DNA from: Rhina ancylostomus | Lineage: Eukaryota | Assembly (NCBI GenBank): GCA_030265395.1 | Contig: JARFYF010000001.1 | Coordinates: 86,018,127-86,082,126, forward strand | Reading direction: 5' to 3' | DNA length: 64,000 nucleotides | Shown: positions 22,242-35,879 of the stretch, one piece after another | How positions within the stretch are numbered: the first letter of the stretch is position 1 | Layout: every line of letters starts with the position of its first letter | The notes under the pieces: generated by a model | Seen by the model: the letters and a program-made list of their open reading frames with translations, nothing else | Database searches by the model: none | What the model was told of the DNA's origin: nothing | Program-made: the position numbers and the translations under genes

Positions 22242-25200
22242 CTACAGGAAGAAAGTAACACTTTAGTGAGCATGGACTCAGGTGAAGGCTCCGACAACCA
22301 TTTAAACTTGCATAATACACACGGCAACTTCAGGTACCTCCAAGGAATCGATGAGCTTACCTGCAATCAGCTGCACTGGGCGTGTTGCACAAAGGCTAGC
22401 ATTGTAGGTTTGTTGCTCAAGTCATCTTGAGAGCTTAGTCCAAATCTGAACACATATTGGGAATACGAATTCAGTGATCTAAAAAGCTATCAAACTCTCA
22501 AAACTTAAATGGTCTCATTACTTAAGCATCACTTTGTGAAAGAAACCAGACGTTCTTGCCTACATGCGACTTCAGTCTTTGTTAATTCTTAGCTGGGTTC
22601 TAAAGTGATCTGGGAAGCCACTCTGTTGTGTCAAACCCCTAGCCTCTATCAGTTCCGCAGTGTCCCCCCACTACCTCACTGAGGCAACTCAAGCTACGCA
22701 GCAAATTCCAGCTTCATCAGTGACAACTACACTTCAAAAATAAACTAGAATCCACCTAAAATAAGGCACTACACTAAATGAATATGGATCCACTCAAATC
22801 ACAAGAGCAGAAACTATTTATATATTTAAAACTGTGGCGGGTGCTATGTGCATGAAGTCCCTGATACAACCTTTCACAAAACATTTATATTCCAATGATT
22901 TTTGCCAGCAAACCTAGCACAATATGAATCTAGATGGTGGAGAGGGAGGAGATCAGATAGACATTGATTCAAGGCAGAGACTGTTATCCAGATGTAATAC
23001 CACTGCATGTGCTGCTGCATTTCATAAATCAGTACATCATACTGTATCTGCAATTCATAACTTTGCTTGATCTCAACAACATGTAATAACTGACATTCTA
23101 CATGGAGTCTTTTTTTTAATTATTTAAGGCTATAACTGCCTTTTCCCAGCTGATCCACTGACTGCTGCTAGAAAAATACGGATATAGGCATTGGAATGAA
23201 ACTAAAATCAGGCTTAACTAAGACACCTCTGCTCTAAAGGAGAATTGCCTATTGATACTTGACCTCTCGAGATCCCTCATGCTCCAGTTATGGCATGTCC
23301 ATTCCCCGGTCCCTACAGCCTTCCTTTGGTGCCCTAGGAAGGAAGCTATAGAATTCTCCACTAGTTCCATGGCGAAGTGAATAATAAACTTGGGTTTTGA
23401 AAATGAATGCTAGAGTAGGTCTGGAGAACCAAATCAGTATCTAAAGCAGAGGCTCTGTGCATTAAATCTGAAGTGCAAAGCGAAAGTAAGTGGAACTGCA
23501 TCAAGACTGTGGTCTTTATTGCACATTTAATAGATAAAAACATCCCAAATCATTTCATAGGGACACTAACAAAATTTGGCACCAAGCCACATATGGGATA
23601 CTTCACCAGAATCTTGGTTTTGAGGAAAAGGTGTAGAAAGTTTCAGGGAGCAAAGTCCAGATATATCTGAATATCCAAGACTCCAGTACTGGGGCAAAAG
23701 GAACTGAGGATGCACCGAAGACTAGAATTGGAAGAGCAGAGCTCAAGTTTGGGAAGAGGTGAAACTGCGAAACATGGGGATGTTAATCCTCAATCTAAGG
23801 TAGTGCAGACAAAGGCCCCATATGAATCATGAGCACTATACCTCTGTATAGGGAACTAGATCTGGTGAAAGTTTATAGCAGTTTACTAATGAAACTGCTG
23901 TGCAGCAATTTTTTTTAAAAAAAGCATCTAAACCAATGCAGATCAAGAAGATTTACAGTTCAATCCTTAGACCAGCCTCAGGGCCACTGATACTTTCTTT
24001 TATGGTATGGCAAGTTGGGGTGTGACTGGAGTGAAAGCAGGGAAGAGCAAATCCTTATGGGAGTGGCTACAGGGAATCCAGATGAAGATGATGCATTTTT
24101 GAGAATAGATAATGACTAACAACCACCACCATTTGGTGAGCCCACCTTTGTACACTAATGGCCCATGGTACTGTTGAGTGGGAAGACATTTTATAGAACT
24201 GCTGAGTGTAAGGCCATCTAGTCAGCAGAGGATCACTTGGCTCTTGGTCAGTCAGAATAGAATGGAATACCTCGTTCACTCAAACTACTACACTTGGAAC
24301 TCAATAAAATGCAAAGAAATTGTGTATTACGCAAAAAAGTTGCCACCACTTGGCCACATTCTTTGCAACAAGATTAGGTGGAGATCTTCAGAGAAATAAA
24401 ATGCACAACATATACATCTTTGCATAAGATATGTCTTGTCTAATGTGGTGATCTTGGACTACGGTACATAGTGCACTGTTTTGTGATGTACACTTCATTT
24501 GTGTTAGAGATCCATTCCAACCATTTTCAGTCTAGTCCACGTTTTGTGGTACACCATCTTTTAATCACTTGTGGTCGACATCCACTTGTAATCCAATCCA
24601 AGTTTTGTGACAGATGCATCAATTATCTGTAAACTACTCTATAGATTATGACAGTTACACTAATTACACTTGATTCATTTTGATTCCACAACCTGTGCCA
24701 GACTTGTGCATAAACAGTGAATCTATTCCATGCAGTTGTGAACAGACCTTTCAGCTTTAGCTGTCCCATGTTTAGTCATAAACACATCCAATTAACTTCN
24801 NNNNNNNNNNNNNNNNNNNNNNNNNNNNNNNNNNNNNNNNNNNNNNNNNNNNNNNNNNNNNNNNNNNNNNNNNNNNNNNNNNNNNNNNNNNNNNNNNNNG
24901 TTTAGTCATAAACACATCCAATTAACTTCAGTGCACTCCCGTGATTGATGCTGCGAGTTTTCTTGCTGACATATATTCAGGAGGGGGGTGCAAGTAGAAA
25001 CACATGGCCAACTAAGATGATAGTTAAAAAAAACCAGCTTACACACACAGACACACACACACACAATGTTGCAACACCATTGCCTTGTCCTTTAACCAAA
25101 ACACTAAATCAGACCAGCATACCAGACATGTCTAAAGATGGAGAGAAAGAAATTTTTTTTAAAAGGGAATTTCATCTGGATGTTGAATATCTGACAAGAA

Positions 25201-25309
25201 ACTAGAGTTAAGACCAAAGATCAGATAAGTCATGATCTTATTTAATGGCAAAACAGGCTTGAGGGACTTGTGGCCTATCCCTGGCCCTTTTGTGTTTTTA
25301 TGTTGAAAT

Positions 25310-25600
25310 TCCACTCCAAAGATTTAGGTTGATAATCCTCTGCAGTATGATGGCACTGCAACTTTTAAAATGCTGCCTTTCTGTTGATGCACTGAACAGA
25401 CAGACAGGGAGCTCTCCCTGGTATCCCAGCCAGTATTCACCCTTCAACCAACATCAATGAGAGAGATTATCTGGCCATTGTACTGGCATTTCTGGGAACT
25501 TGTGAAATGGCTGCTGTGCTCACCACGAGTGAATGTGCTTCAGGAGTGCTTTATTAACTGTGAAGCACTGTGAATGTCCCAAGGGTGTGTAAAAGAAACA
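25310..25600 (+). mobile_element. Deu-domain SINE (SacSINE1-like); related decayed copies at about 29745-30130 (+), 44690-45050 (-) and 61690-62030 (-)
   Basis: gggagctctccctggtatcccagccagtattcacccttcaaccaacatc...gattatctggccatt...aaatggctgctgtg, with tail gtgaagcactgtgaatgtcc. Confidence 0.65.
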
Positions 25601-28600
25601 CCATAACGGTTTGAAACCGGAGTAGGACCACGTTAGCTTCTACCCTGCAGGTTTCTCTCAGCCAGCAGCAGATCCAGATTAGACTGGCTGGATTCCCTGG
25701 TAAGATCAGGGTTTGTACCACACATTTCACAACCACTGAGCCAGAGTCAGTACTATGGAGAATTCTCCACAGTAGTAACTGCACACAGCTGAACAAAACC
25801 CGCATGTTGTGAGCAGACAGGACTGATGTTTGACTAAAATAGACAGGTGTAATTAGCACTTGGTGTCTGATTCATACACTGATACACTAGGGTGTTTTAA
25901 TCACCTGCTCCCTCTCTAGGCACAGGTTATGCTGGTTCCAATAGATTGGAAGCAAAAAGGCCTCTACCACTGATGCAGCCAACCAGAAAGAGAATTCACT
26001 CTCAAATGATTGTTAAGATTTATGACAAGACTACCTAAAAAAAAACCCATAAAATAATTAAGTTTTTAAAAATGGGCAATGTCTTTTGTTTCAGTGTGAA
26101 AATGCATCAAAATGATGGTACTGAGTCCTCAATATCAGCAAGACAGTGTCAAGAATTGACAAGGTTTCAAGCAGCAATATTCAGGAATTACTTCTAAATA
26201 AATTACTGAGAAATCCACTTGCATGAAGTCCCTAGATCACAAGTAGAAGGATAAAGGGAAAAAGAATAGGAAGGAGAGGAGAGACTGGGTAGCCAGTTAA
26301 TCCTCTCAACTAGTAACATCCTGTGCCACATGTGAAGGTGTGGCAAGGAAAAAGATTGGGTTTGGAGCTGAAGTTCTAGCATCCCACGAAGTATGAAGAA
26401 TTCCTTGACTGGTGCAGTCCAAGATCATCTGCCACCACACTAAACAAATTAGGATTACAGCAGCTCATTTCTCTAACACTGAGCTAGCACCGCTGGATAC
26501 ACTGCACTGGCTACATCAGTCAGCAGATCCAAAACCAGACAGGGAACAGGGGCAAAAAGATTCGAAAAGCTATTCACAGCCACCTCAACACTGCTGACTG
26601 AATAGTTTAGATTTACAAACCTAAATTATGGGAGGGACAAGCACTTGGTTACCACTGGCTAGTCCCTCCTTGCATAGACCCTTTTAAGCAGCTCAGAGAG
26701 TAAAGAAAATTAAAGGTCTCTGATCCAGCAGGGAAGACTGAACATTCTGGCTTTGCTTCTCTTTTTAAAAAATGTCAAAAGAAGTCCTTAAAATTAGACA
26801 AGGATGGTTCAGTGTGGGCTGAAACCACATCTAAGGGACTGTAAATGTAGAATGTTATAAGGCAATAATAACACTTCACAAGTATTTAACTGGCTGTAAA
26901 CTACAACATCCTGAAAAGGACATAAGAGGAGCTAAATTAAATGCAAGTTTTCCTTCTATGTTACCAGAGGATAGTTTGAATTGGAACTCATTAGCAAAAG
27001 AAATGATTGAAAGGAATTCAGATCAGCATGAAAGAACAGAGGATGAGGTGGTGTGTAAGAGGAGGCTTGTGTGGAGTATAAACCAATTGGAAAGAATGAC
27101 CTAATTCTGTGCTGCAAATTCTAAGTAATTCGATGTAAAGGCTGGGTCCAGCAGCTCCCTACTCATCGGCTGAGCACTGAGACACAACTTGGGAGATTTA
27201 CAATGCCCTCTATAATGAGTGCTTAATGTTACCAATTGAACAGTAGAGAGTACCACTTAACATCACAAGTGGCAGATGCGTGAAATATTTATGACTAAAC
27301 CTCAAATTATGGAAGCACTGCAGATTTGCCAGCTATTTGAGCATAGCTCAAGGGAGGTTAGATCTGGATTTGGCAATCTGATTTGAGCAAATGCTATCTA
27401 GGATGAAGTTTAGTGGGGTGGGAAGAAAGATTTTTTGAGCAGTGAGCTATGATGATGTGGAATGTATGACCTGAAAGAATGGTGGAAATAGACTGTATAG
27501 CAAGTTTCAAAAGGGAACTAGGTACATACTTGAAAAGAATTAATTTACTGGGCCACAGACGAACAGCAGAGAAGTGAAACTAACTGGATACTTCCCACTC
27601 AAAGAGCTGGCGCAGGCATTATGGACTGAGTGATCTCCACCTACATTGTAAAACTGTATGCTTAAGAGTGAAGACAATACCTTTATATTAAAGCTAGAGA
27701 TGAGAATCCCTGGTCTGCTGTGTTACATTACTGTTCACTGTCAGTGCCAGAATGTCATACTGGGAAGAAACAGAGGGCTGAATTTAACTTTCGCAAATCC
27801 TAGGATTTGACTCCTGATGCCGAGCCTTTGGAATTGGACCAAGCCATGGCCGAACTGGTTTCTCCAGTCTCCCGCTTTTGGCAGTGGGTGCTGTTGGTAA
27901 TCTGACTGAAGAATTGGAAGTCAGACAGATGATAAAGCTGCTGAGTAATGGAGTAACAGAATTTCCATTGCAAGCTCCTGCATGGTACTCATAGCACAAA
28001 AAGGGGTGGTCCCATTTCCTTTCTGCTGCCTGCCGTCGACCATCAATCACTGTGATATTTCACAGGCCATCTGCCTTGTGCAACTCCCTTGACATCTTAT
28101 TACGAGCACAATAACCCTCCCAAGCAATAAAAGTCACTTCACAATCCCCCAGCCGGCACTAAATGACCGTAGTACTGGAGAGCTCTCAATTCTCCATTCC
28201 CATTAGCAAAGCGGAAGGCCATTTTTTAAGGATTGCAATAACCCAAAGCTGGAACAGAGAGGGGAACAAGCACAGGAACTGGATGCAATTCACACCCACA
28301 CCTCCTCCACCTGGGTCAGCTCTGTGGGAACTCTTGTGAATCAGTTGTGTAGCCAACAGCCAATGCTGTCCTGCAGAGGTAATTAACACCCCAGTAGACA
28401 CATACAAGCTGCTCTCAGGCACCCCTAAACCCCACTTTACTGATTCTGCATTGATGGGGACTTCCTTAATGACAGGATCACTGAAAAGGGGATGTGGCAT
28501 GAAATTCCAATACCTCCCCCCCCCAACCCAGAAGAACAATCATATCTCTGCAAAATCATATCCCAGTCCTCACAAAAGATGCTTACAGGAACAGGACCTT

Positions 28601-29517
28601 TCAGACTAATTAGATGAAATACATTACAAAAGCAGGAGTCCATTTCTAATCTACAGCCATCAGAAAGATCAAGCACAGAAATCTAGTGTGGGAGTGAGGG
28701 AGGGAGTGGTGCACAGTAGAAAGGGGTCATGCAGAGAGAGAATTTGCATAGAGGGGAAAACACAAGTGGTTGAAAATGCCCTCAACTTTCAATCCTGTGA
28801 ATACATACAAATTCTAACAATAACATATTAATTGCTATAATATTACTTTAAAACAATTCCTTAATCCAGGTGACAACTTTGAATTTGTGTCCCCCTTTCC
28901 CTTCATTCTCAACCCCAGCATTTTATGGGTTGCCTTCCCCTCTCTTCCTCTACCCTCACCTCATTAATAAACCCTCTCTCAGAATTGCATCTATTGGTAT
29001 TTTATGGGAGTGTTACCAATAATTTGGGACACTAAACTATGCAAGGGACAGATGACTGGTTTAGGAACACCTCAGGGCAAAGTGGAAAGCTTTAGCAAGG
29101 GATTCCCAGCTACCATGACCCTACCAGCCAATGGGTGCAGTGACTAACTCAGGGATGACCAGGAGGCCAGAGGAGGATTGTAGAGCTGGAAAAGATTGAT
29201 AGATAGAGAAGGGCAAGGCCATGGAAGGATTTAAAAACAAGTGAAAACATTTTAAGATCATGGTCTTTTGTAAATAGCAACAATGTAGGTTGGCAAACAC
29301 AAGGATTATGTGGAAACTGACACTCATGAGACATAGGGCTCAGCTAGTTGATGCCAATTTAATGGAGGATGGAAGAAGTCAATAAGGAGAACTCATCTTT
29401 CAGGTCAACATTTAGAACAGCTTTATGCGACATAGATTCTTAAGCCCTAAAAAGGCAAGAGGCACAACGTTTCCTTGTATATCCTGCTTTGCTTGTACAT
29501 TGGATCAATTAGCTGAC

Positions 29518-29677
29518 CTGATGTTGGGTCCTCCCAGAGTGCAGAAACCTTGGCAACATATGGAATTGACTTCTTCCTAGGTCCTGACTTCAATAAAACA
29601 GTGTCCCGAACTTTGACCACTTCTCCATCTCTTTGAACAGCTGGATAACACTTGCGAATCAGGGGCTGCACTTCACC
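29518..29677 (-). CDS. BAHD1: BAHD1 coding exon 3 (start of BAH domain)
   Basis: Acceptor ctttttactctccag|GGT and donor TCAG|gtcagc; 160 nt. Encodes [53 protein letters not shown]. Confidence 0.97.
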
Positions 29678-32322
29678 CTGGAGAGTAAAAAGAGTTAGAG
29701 AATCAACTGGAAGGAGCATTAATGACAAAAAAGGTCACTGACCCATTCAGAAGGTTGCAGGTTGAAGTCCAGATGACAGACTTTGTTAAAAAAACTAGTC
29801 AGATGTATGCAATTTGGTACTGAGGGAATGCCACATATCAGAAGTTACTATCAGAAGCTACTAACCAAGCATTCTCATCTAATCTCTCAAACAAATACTA
29901 AAACTACTTAGAAGAGCCCAGTAGCTGTATGGTGATAAATAGAATACTGTATATTCTGCCAACAATAAAAAACAGATCCGAGATTATATGGACAAGATTG
30001 CATTGCTGTTTTGAGCATTTTGCAGTGCACCAATTGAAACTGTGTTCGCATTTGAATAGTGGCTACAATTCAAACATACTTCATTAGGTGTAGGATATAT
30101 TAAGTTTGTGAAAGGTGTTTTGAAAGAGTCTTCCACACCCATCTTGAAAAGTAATACTAATCTCAATATGTATTAGCACACCTCTGCATGGAAAATTATG
30201 ATGCCTCCTCTGGTATGCACTCTATCTGGGCTGATATGTCCAGAACATATCAATGCAAAATCCCCATATTTCTCTTGTCAATGTGCAGAGTACAAACTGT
30301 ACGAAGCTTGCTGATAGGAATCAAGCCTCAATACAGTCAAGCAGATTAATCCAGAATAGCACACTGCCAATCTCAACATATTATGGCTTTCATAATGGCC
30401 CCATAGTCCCCTTCTAAAACACCAATTTATCCTAAGTACTCTTCCACCCTACAAAACCTCACCTTAACAACCTTGACCAATTGTGCAACTGCAAGGGTAC
30501 ACACCAACCAATTTTAACCTGATCCTTGACAACCAGATGCATTGAAAGGGCACCTTCAATTGCCCCTGTGAACTATCCCAGGCACTTTACTGGAGCAATA
30601 TTCAAACAAGAACTAACTTAAGCAACATTAAAATATACCATAGGTGATCAAATTTGGAGAAAATTTGGTCTCTGGGAGTAACTTAGAGCAGGGGCTTAGA
30701 AAGCAAATCACAGAGTTTGGGCCCAGATGTCAGAAAGTATAGAAATCACACCTACAATGGAGGCCAGAGGACTTGGAGAGTTATTAGGTCTGAAAGAGAA
30801 TAGAGGCATGAGGGTCAAAGCCATGGAAATATTTGAACACCAGCACAAGGATTTTAAATTTGAGGTTCTGCTGGATCAGGAGCCAATGCAGGCCAGCATG
30901 CACAGGGGTGGCAAGTGTACAGATAGGCAATGAATCCCTCCACCAACAGCAATCACTGCCTAAATGATTATTCTGCATTCAAAAATGCCTGGAGCTCTAA
31001 TGCTAGAGGAGGGGCAATGTGGTTAATGGGCACATAAAAGAATAGGTTACAGGGAAGTAACTGGGGGAAATGGAACTGATGGGATTGATCCAAGAGTTGA
31101 ATCAGACTTGATGGGACAAAAGGCTTCCTCCTATACAGATCAGGCTCCTGAATACCCTGGAGGCAGTTTCAGACAAATGCTGTGTCAAAAGCCCTGGTTT
31201 GCACAACGGCGCATGTGAACTTTGGCTACTGCTGAACATACTTATACATTTAGTGCAACACACTGAGCTNNNNNNNNNNNNNNNNNNNNNNNNNNNNNNN
31301 NNNNNNNNNNNNNNNNNNNNNNNNNNNNNNNNNNNNNNNNNNNNNNNNNNNNNNNNNNNNNNNNNNNNNCTTTGGCTACTGCTGAACATACTTATACATT
31401 TAGTGCAACACACTGAGCTCTGCATTTCTTTGTCCAACTCAGTTTTGCACTAACCCTGCACTAATTTTGTATTCTGTGTATACTGTTTTTTGCACCATTT
31501 GTACTTGCACAATTTTTTTGTCTGTGTTTATTGTATGTTCTCTGTTGTGAGAGTTTGGGGAAATGTCATTTTGTTCCTCCATGTGTTTTTATAGCATATA
31601 GGTGAATGACAATAAAGTACAACTTGAACTTGAGAAAACATGAAGCATAAAAATAAATTGAGATCTTAAGCGGTTTTACTGGAGCCAACTATTGTACGTT
31701 CTTCCTGCCTTGATCAACGAATGCAGCGGCCTCAAAATTAAACTTGGATTTGCTGTGTGCACCTCGGCAATGGACATAATCATGTAATAAAAGTCAGTGG
31801 AGGTAATTAACAGATAGGATAGAATAAAAGGACTGTAAATTCACCCCCAGACAAAAATTTATGGACCTCAAATAAGATTTATTTTTAGCTTTAGGGTTCA
31901 GACATATAATTGCATTAGAAACTCCAGCCAAACATTTAGATGAAAATACAAACTCAACTTTACCTCCAACAATCTACATTAGAAATTTCTGCTTCATCTC
32001 ACCAAGAAACAGCAAAATGGGAGAAATCAGCCAAGTGAGAAACTGAAGACTGATGAACAGGATTTACAAGAGCATTGCAAATAATTGACCCAAATTTCTG
32101 AATTTCATTACATAGGATTGAAAAAACAGCCGAAAAAAACCCAAAAACACAATTTGTGGATAGCCAAAATTGCTCCAAATTTGGACATTTCCTGATTCTT
32201 AGAAAATATCCATTTGGCAGCACCTCAGTTTGTTTACTAACTTTGGAGAACAAGGGCTTCTTAATTTGTACACTTACTAATAGTAACTACTTTCAAAGAA
32301 ACGCTGCTGTCACTGTCTGATT

Positions 32323-32387
32323 GTACCAATATTTTTTAAAAGAACATCCAACAGGTACCAATACTTTTTTAAAAGAACATCCAACAG
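32323..32387. repeat. Direct tandem duplication (32/33 bp)
   Basis: gtaccaata(c)ttttttaaaagaacatccaacag occurs twice head to tail. Confidence 0.95.
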
Positions 32388-33969
32388 TTAGATTCTGAGG
32401 GCTTTCAGCAATGTAAGTAAATCAGGTGATCCTTGCCATAATTTTTCTTGTTCCACCGAGCTCCAGCCCTAATGATTAATTATCTCTAAATAGCAATTTA
32501 AGTAAAAAGAGAAATTGCTGGAAATAATCTGCAGGTCAGGCTGCATCTGTGGGAAGAGAAACAGAGTTAACTTCCCAGGTCAAAGATGAAGTGTTCTGAC
32601 TACCAACCCAAGGCATTGCATGTAAATTTGATGAAATTATCATCTGTATTTTCATGCTAGTCCTGACTGGACTGTGCAGGGCAACATCAGGAGTCTGGTG
32701 TTGAACTGCAGGTGTTCTCCTGTGTATGCGAGAGCGGAGGTGAAGCAACTTCCCACTTAGTCCATGACGGAATGTGGGCAGTTACTGGTGAATACTAAAT
32801 TCCAGTCTATGCAAATTGTAAATAGCTGAGAATCCAGTACTGATCTGGTGGCACTCTATGAATAACATTCCAAAGAGATACTAGTTTTTTTCATAACTGA
32901 TTTTCCTTCTTTTAACTAATCCTCTATTCATATTAATATCCAATCCTGTTAACACACAAAAACCACATTTGACAATATTATGAAATGCCTTAAAGCAAGG
33001 TGATTTTTTTCTCACCCAACAACAGGAATATGGACATTGCATCAAAGATCCTTTGGGTCCAATAGACTCATGACATTCTATCATTCCACACAACTTAGCT
33101 CATCTATCAGCCTATCTTTTCTCCCTTGGGCATTTATCCAGCTTCCCCTTAGACATGCTTCTGCTTGCAACCTCAACAATTCCAAGCTCCAATTTCCAAA
33201 TTTTTCCTTCGTAAAGATGTTTGGCTCAAATTTCGTACTGGATTTAATAAATGATTATTTTGTAAAGATGGTCCTCGTTTTGGATAGGGTGCTATAGTAC
33301 CACGTTGACCATGTCTCACCTTATTGTTCTTTTGCTGAATGGGTGTCAAAGCCAAATGTGTTATTTCCAGGGTTCAGCCAAACATGAGGTTTTGTTACTG
33401 TTTGACTCAACTCATTGCAATCATCTCCAAGTCAGAACATTGTGGCTTGAATATCTACTCTAGCAACTTGACACATAACCCAAATCAACAATCCAGTAAC
33501 AGTATTGGACTTTCAGAGTGATTAATTCACTGATACTTCTGATGATGTGGAACAAAAATGCTGGAAACACTCAGCAGGTCAGGCAGCATTTCTTGAAAAA
33601 GTTAATATTTTAGTTGGAGACTCTTTGTCACAACTGGGAAAGAGAGATACACAAAAAAAAAGTGTTTTAAGTTGCAGAGACAGTAGTGGTCTTGGACCTC
33701 AATCTTTAACACTATTTCTCTTTCTACAGAGGCTGACTAAGCTGAGTGTTCCCATAATTTTCTGTGATAAACTCCTTTGTTGTGATATCAAAACAAGGTT
33801 TTGCTTGAAGTCCTCATGATGATATTTGTGGAGCAAAGTTCTCCAGCTAAATAGTTGACATTCTGCCTTAACAAACACCACCAAAGCAGATCAGTTTCCC
33901 AGTTAGCACAGTTAGCAAAGCTGTTAGTGCAATCTTGTGGAAACTGATTACTGTACTTATCTCCAGAAG

Positions 33970-35600
33970 CTGGACTCTGCATCACAGGAGGCTATCTGGC
34001 CTACTGAGTCCATACTGGTCCAAGCAAGGACAATCCATTTAGTTTCACTCCATTGCCCTCATGGCTTTCCATAAAGGTACTGAGGAAATGCTACAATTGA
34101 ATATACTTCTACTCTGGCAGTGCATTATAGACACTAACAATTCACATCATAATTTTCCCCCCTTATTTCACTTACGATTCTTCTGCTAATCACCTTTATT
34201 CCCTTGGTTATTAGGAACAATTTTTGCTTCACTCAGTCTACATTTTTCATGTTTTTAAATACTCAGATTCTGTTGCAACTTTCTCTATTCAAAGGAGAAC
34301 AATACAACTTCTCCACTATATCAACATACAATAACTAGCTCCCCAGTCCTGGAATAATATTAGTAAATCACTGCTGCACCCTCTCTGAAGCTTTCTCATC
34401 TTTCCTAAAGAACGGCACCTGGAACTGGGCATAATGCTTTGATTATAGTCTAACCAGAGCTACGTAAAGGTTCACCATGGCTTCTTTGCTCTTAAACTCT
34501 CTGCCTCCATTTATAAAGCTAAACGATCCCGTACACTTTTTTATGAAACTACTTTCTCAACCTGCCCTGCTACCTTCAATAAACTATGCACAAGTAACCC
34601 CACATCTCGCTGTCCTTTCACTTCTTGTAATTATCTCCTCTAATTTATATTTCCTCATTCTTTTGAGAAAAACACTTATTTCTCAGCATTAAGCTTTATC
34701 TTCCATTGGGCTGTCTAAATCTCCTGAGCCTATTTACTACCCTATCCTCGGTTTATGACACCTCAAGTTTCATATCATCAGTAAAATTAGAAAATGTCCT
34801 CACTACACTCAAATGCAAAGTTATTAATATGCATTAAGCAGTGATCCTATTATCAACACTTGAGAACTCTACTTTTCTCCTGTTCAAAACAAAAACATTT
34901 ACTACTGCTGTCAATTTCCTGCTACTTTGCCAATTTTCTATCTACCCTGCTACATCCAATTTCATTCCACTGCTTTCAACCTTGGTGATGAACTTGATAA
35001 ACAAAATTACACATAGTGGAAATCAGAAATAAAACAGAAAATGCTGGAAATACTTGGCAATTGAAAGAACGAGTTAACATTTTCTGTTACTGACAAATCG
35101 ATTATTTAATGGCTATTCAATGATCTTTTGGAAGTCCATATTTACAATATTTGTCTCATCAACCCTCTGTTACTTCATCAAAAACTCTACTGTTAGTTAG
35201 TTTACCAAATCATGCTCTCTCTAAACAATCCATTAGTCCAAGTGACTGCTAATTCTGATCCTGATTATTGTTTCGAGTGCCTTCTTTGCTGAGACTCGAG
35301 CAACATCTTCTCCTATGGTGAAGATGGGTGTTAAGTACTTATTTAGTATATTAGCCATGCCCTTTGCCTGGAAAAGTAGATTTCCATTTTGGTCTCTGAT
35401 TGGCCCCAACACCTCTTCTCTTACAACACTCTACGTGTCCTTGTCTATAGAATGTTTTTGAATTCCCCTTTATGTTTGCTGCCAGTCTTATCTCATGCTC
35501 TCTCAGCACCTCCTTTCTTTTTCACTTCTGCTCTGTTAACAACCTGGCATCTGTCATATGCTCTTTCTTCTACTCTACTGGAAGGATGCTGTGCCATTTT
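33970..35600 (-). mobile_element. Long decayed CR1 LINE
   Basis: Antisense CR1 motifs ctgcaccctctctgaagctttctcatctttcctaaag and ttttggaagtccatatttacaatat (DIVNMDFQK). Confidence 0.7.
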
Positions 35601-35879
35601 GAAGGGGTACTAAGGGGGGCATAAACATAACATTGCCTCATCTAACATTTTAATGCATGAGAAATAATGCATTTTGGCTAACTTCACTTTTTTTTCCATA
35701 AAAAGAGTACCATGGGACAATTTGTGCTTCTGCCAGAGCAGCTTAATGTATTTTAAAGGCAGCACTTTTGACAGTGTGCCATTCCCTCAGTACAGCACCA
35801 TAACTTCTGCCTTTTTAATCAAAAGAATACCAACTGAAATGTCATCATTGCAATTTGTGAATGAATTCAGTTTTTATTT

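Noticed and set aside
27784-28050. 88-aa minus-strand ORF inside a BAHD1 intron
   Set aside because: No homology recognised, and the flanking BAH exons already join in phase without it.
33539-33575. CTGATGA...GAAAC hammerhead-like spacing
   Set aside because: The intervening bases cannot form stem II; it is a chance juxtaposition at a repeat junction.
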